Below, piece after piece: positions 63,595-64,000 of a stretch of 64,000 nucleotides of DNA. Origin of the DNA: Pocillopora damicornis. Lineage: Eukaryota. Position numbers and translations under genes: made by a program. A model generated the notes under the pieces. The model was not told the DNA's origin. It saw only the letters and a program-made list of their open reading frames with translations, and ran no database searches. Within the stretch, counting starts at the first letter, position 1; each line of letters starts with the position of its first letter. The DNA lies in contig NW_020847654.1 of assembly GCF_003704095.1 (NCBI RefSeq), positions 186,001 through 250,000 on the forward strand. The letters run 5' to 3'.

Positions 63595-64000
63595 AATAAA
63601 AATTATAACAAAATTCTTGAACATGATTGGCTAACACCAGCCAGATTTGAGCACTTACAGGCAGTGTACATATCATGCTTGTTATTGGGCAGTGTAATAG
63701 GACAGTTAAAGGACAGTTAACACATCATGCCTGTGTAAGTGGACAGAATGCATCATGTGTGTGCGCTGTTGACTCACATTTTGCCGAGTTAACTGTTGTT
63801 TGTTTGTTTATGAAAACGTATAACTGATGTCTAGTTTCTTTCTCAAAATTTGTCATAGTTTTGATTCATTGGTAACAGACTTTGTGTCATCCAGTTCTGT
63901 CTGTAATCATACTTGTAATTAACAAATTGGACTCCCGCTTTGCAGTTGTCCATTTTTGTTAATAACTTGTATGATTACCAATTGAATTGGAACACACAAA
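63595..64000. repeat. Probable interspersed repeat in an intron of gene 5
   Basis: Non-coding and resembles a common coral interspersed repeat from recollection only; no second copy in the window. Confidence 0.35.

Overview
Intron-rich, AT-rich animal genomic DNA. Gene families and repeat style suggest a cnidarian, probably a stony coral; this is inference. In order: (1) the last 11 exons of a polycystin-1-family (PKD1L/REJ-type) gene on + (9..8472), whose GPS autoproteolysis motif is replaced by an acidic/polybasic insert; (2) a single-coding-exon XK-related scramblase on - (10384..11535); (3) a same-strand tandem array of five divergent PDGF/VEGF-domain genes (13106..17765, 42341..45454, 48746..51774, 54808..57163, 61378..>63539). 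Hand-spliced, the four complete copies are type I membrane proteins: signal peptide, VEGF domain, VEGF-C-like CX10CXCXC repeats, TM helix, cytoplasmic tail. All five lack both inter-chain dimer cysteines, and two also lack one cystine-knot disulfide pair. (4) Between array members 1 and 2 lies an 18.3-kb interval (20104..38417). It is bounded by the two halves of a TIR element that splits an older repeat, and contains three assembly gaps, a two-exon gene with zinc-deaminase-like motifs in reversed order (CxxC before CAE), a decayed 2A/PHD/APE/RT LINE in that gene's intron, and a small divergent gene with duplicated exons. The interval is either a cargo-carrying compound transposon or a scaffolding artefact. 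All exon models were built by eye from GT-AG sites and frame continuity; no searches were run. No rRNA, tRNA or CRISPR features were seen.
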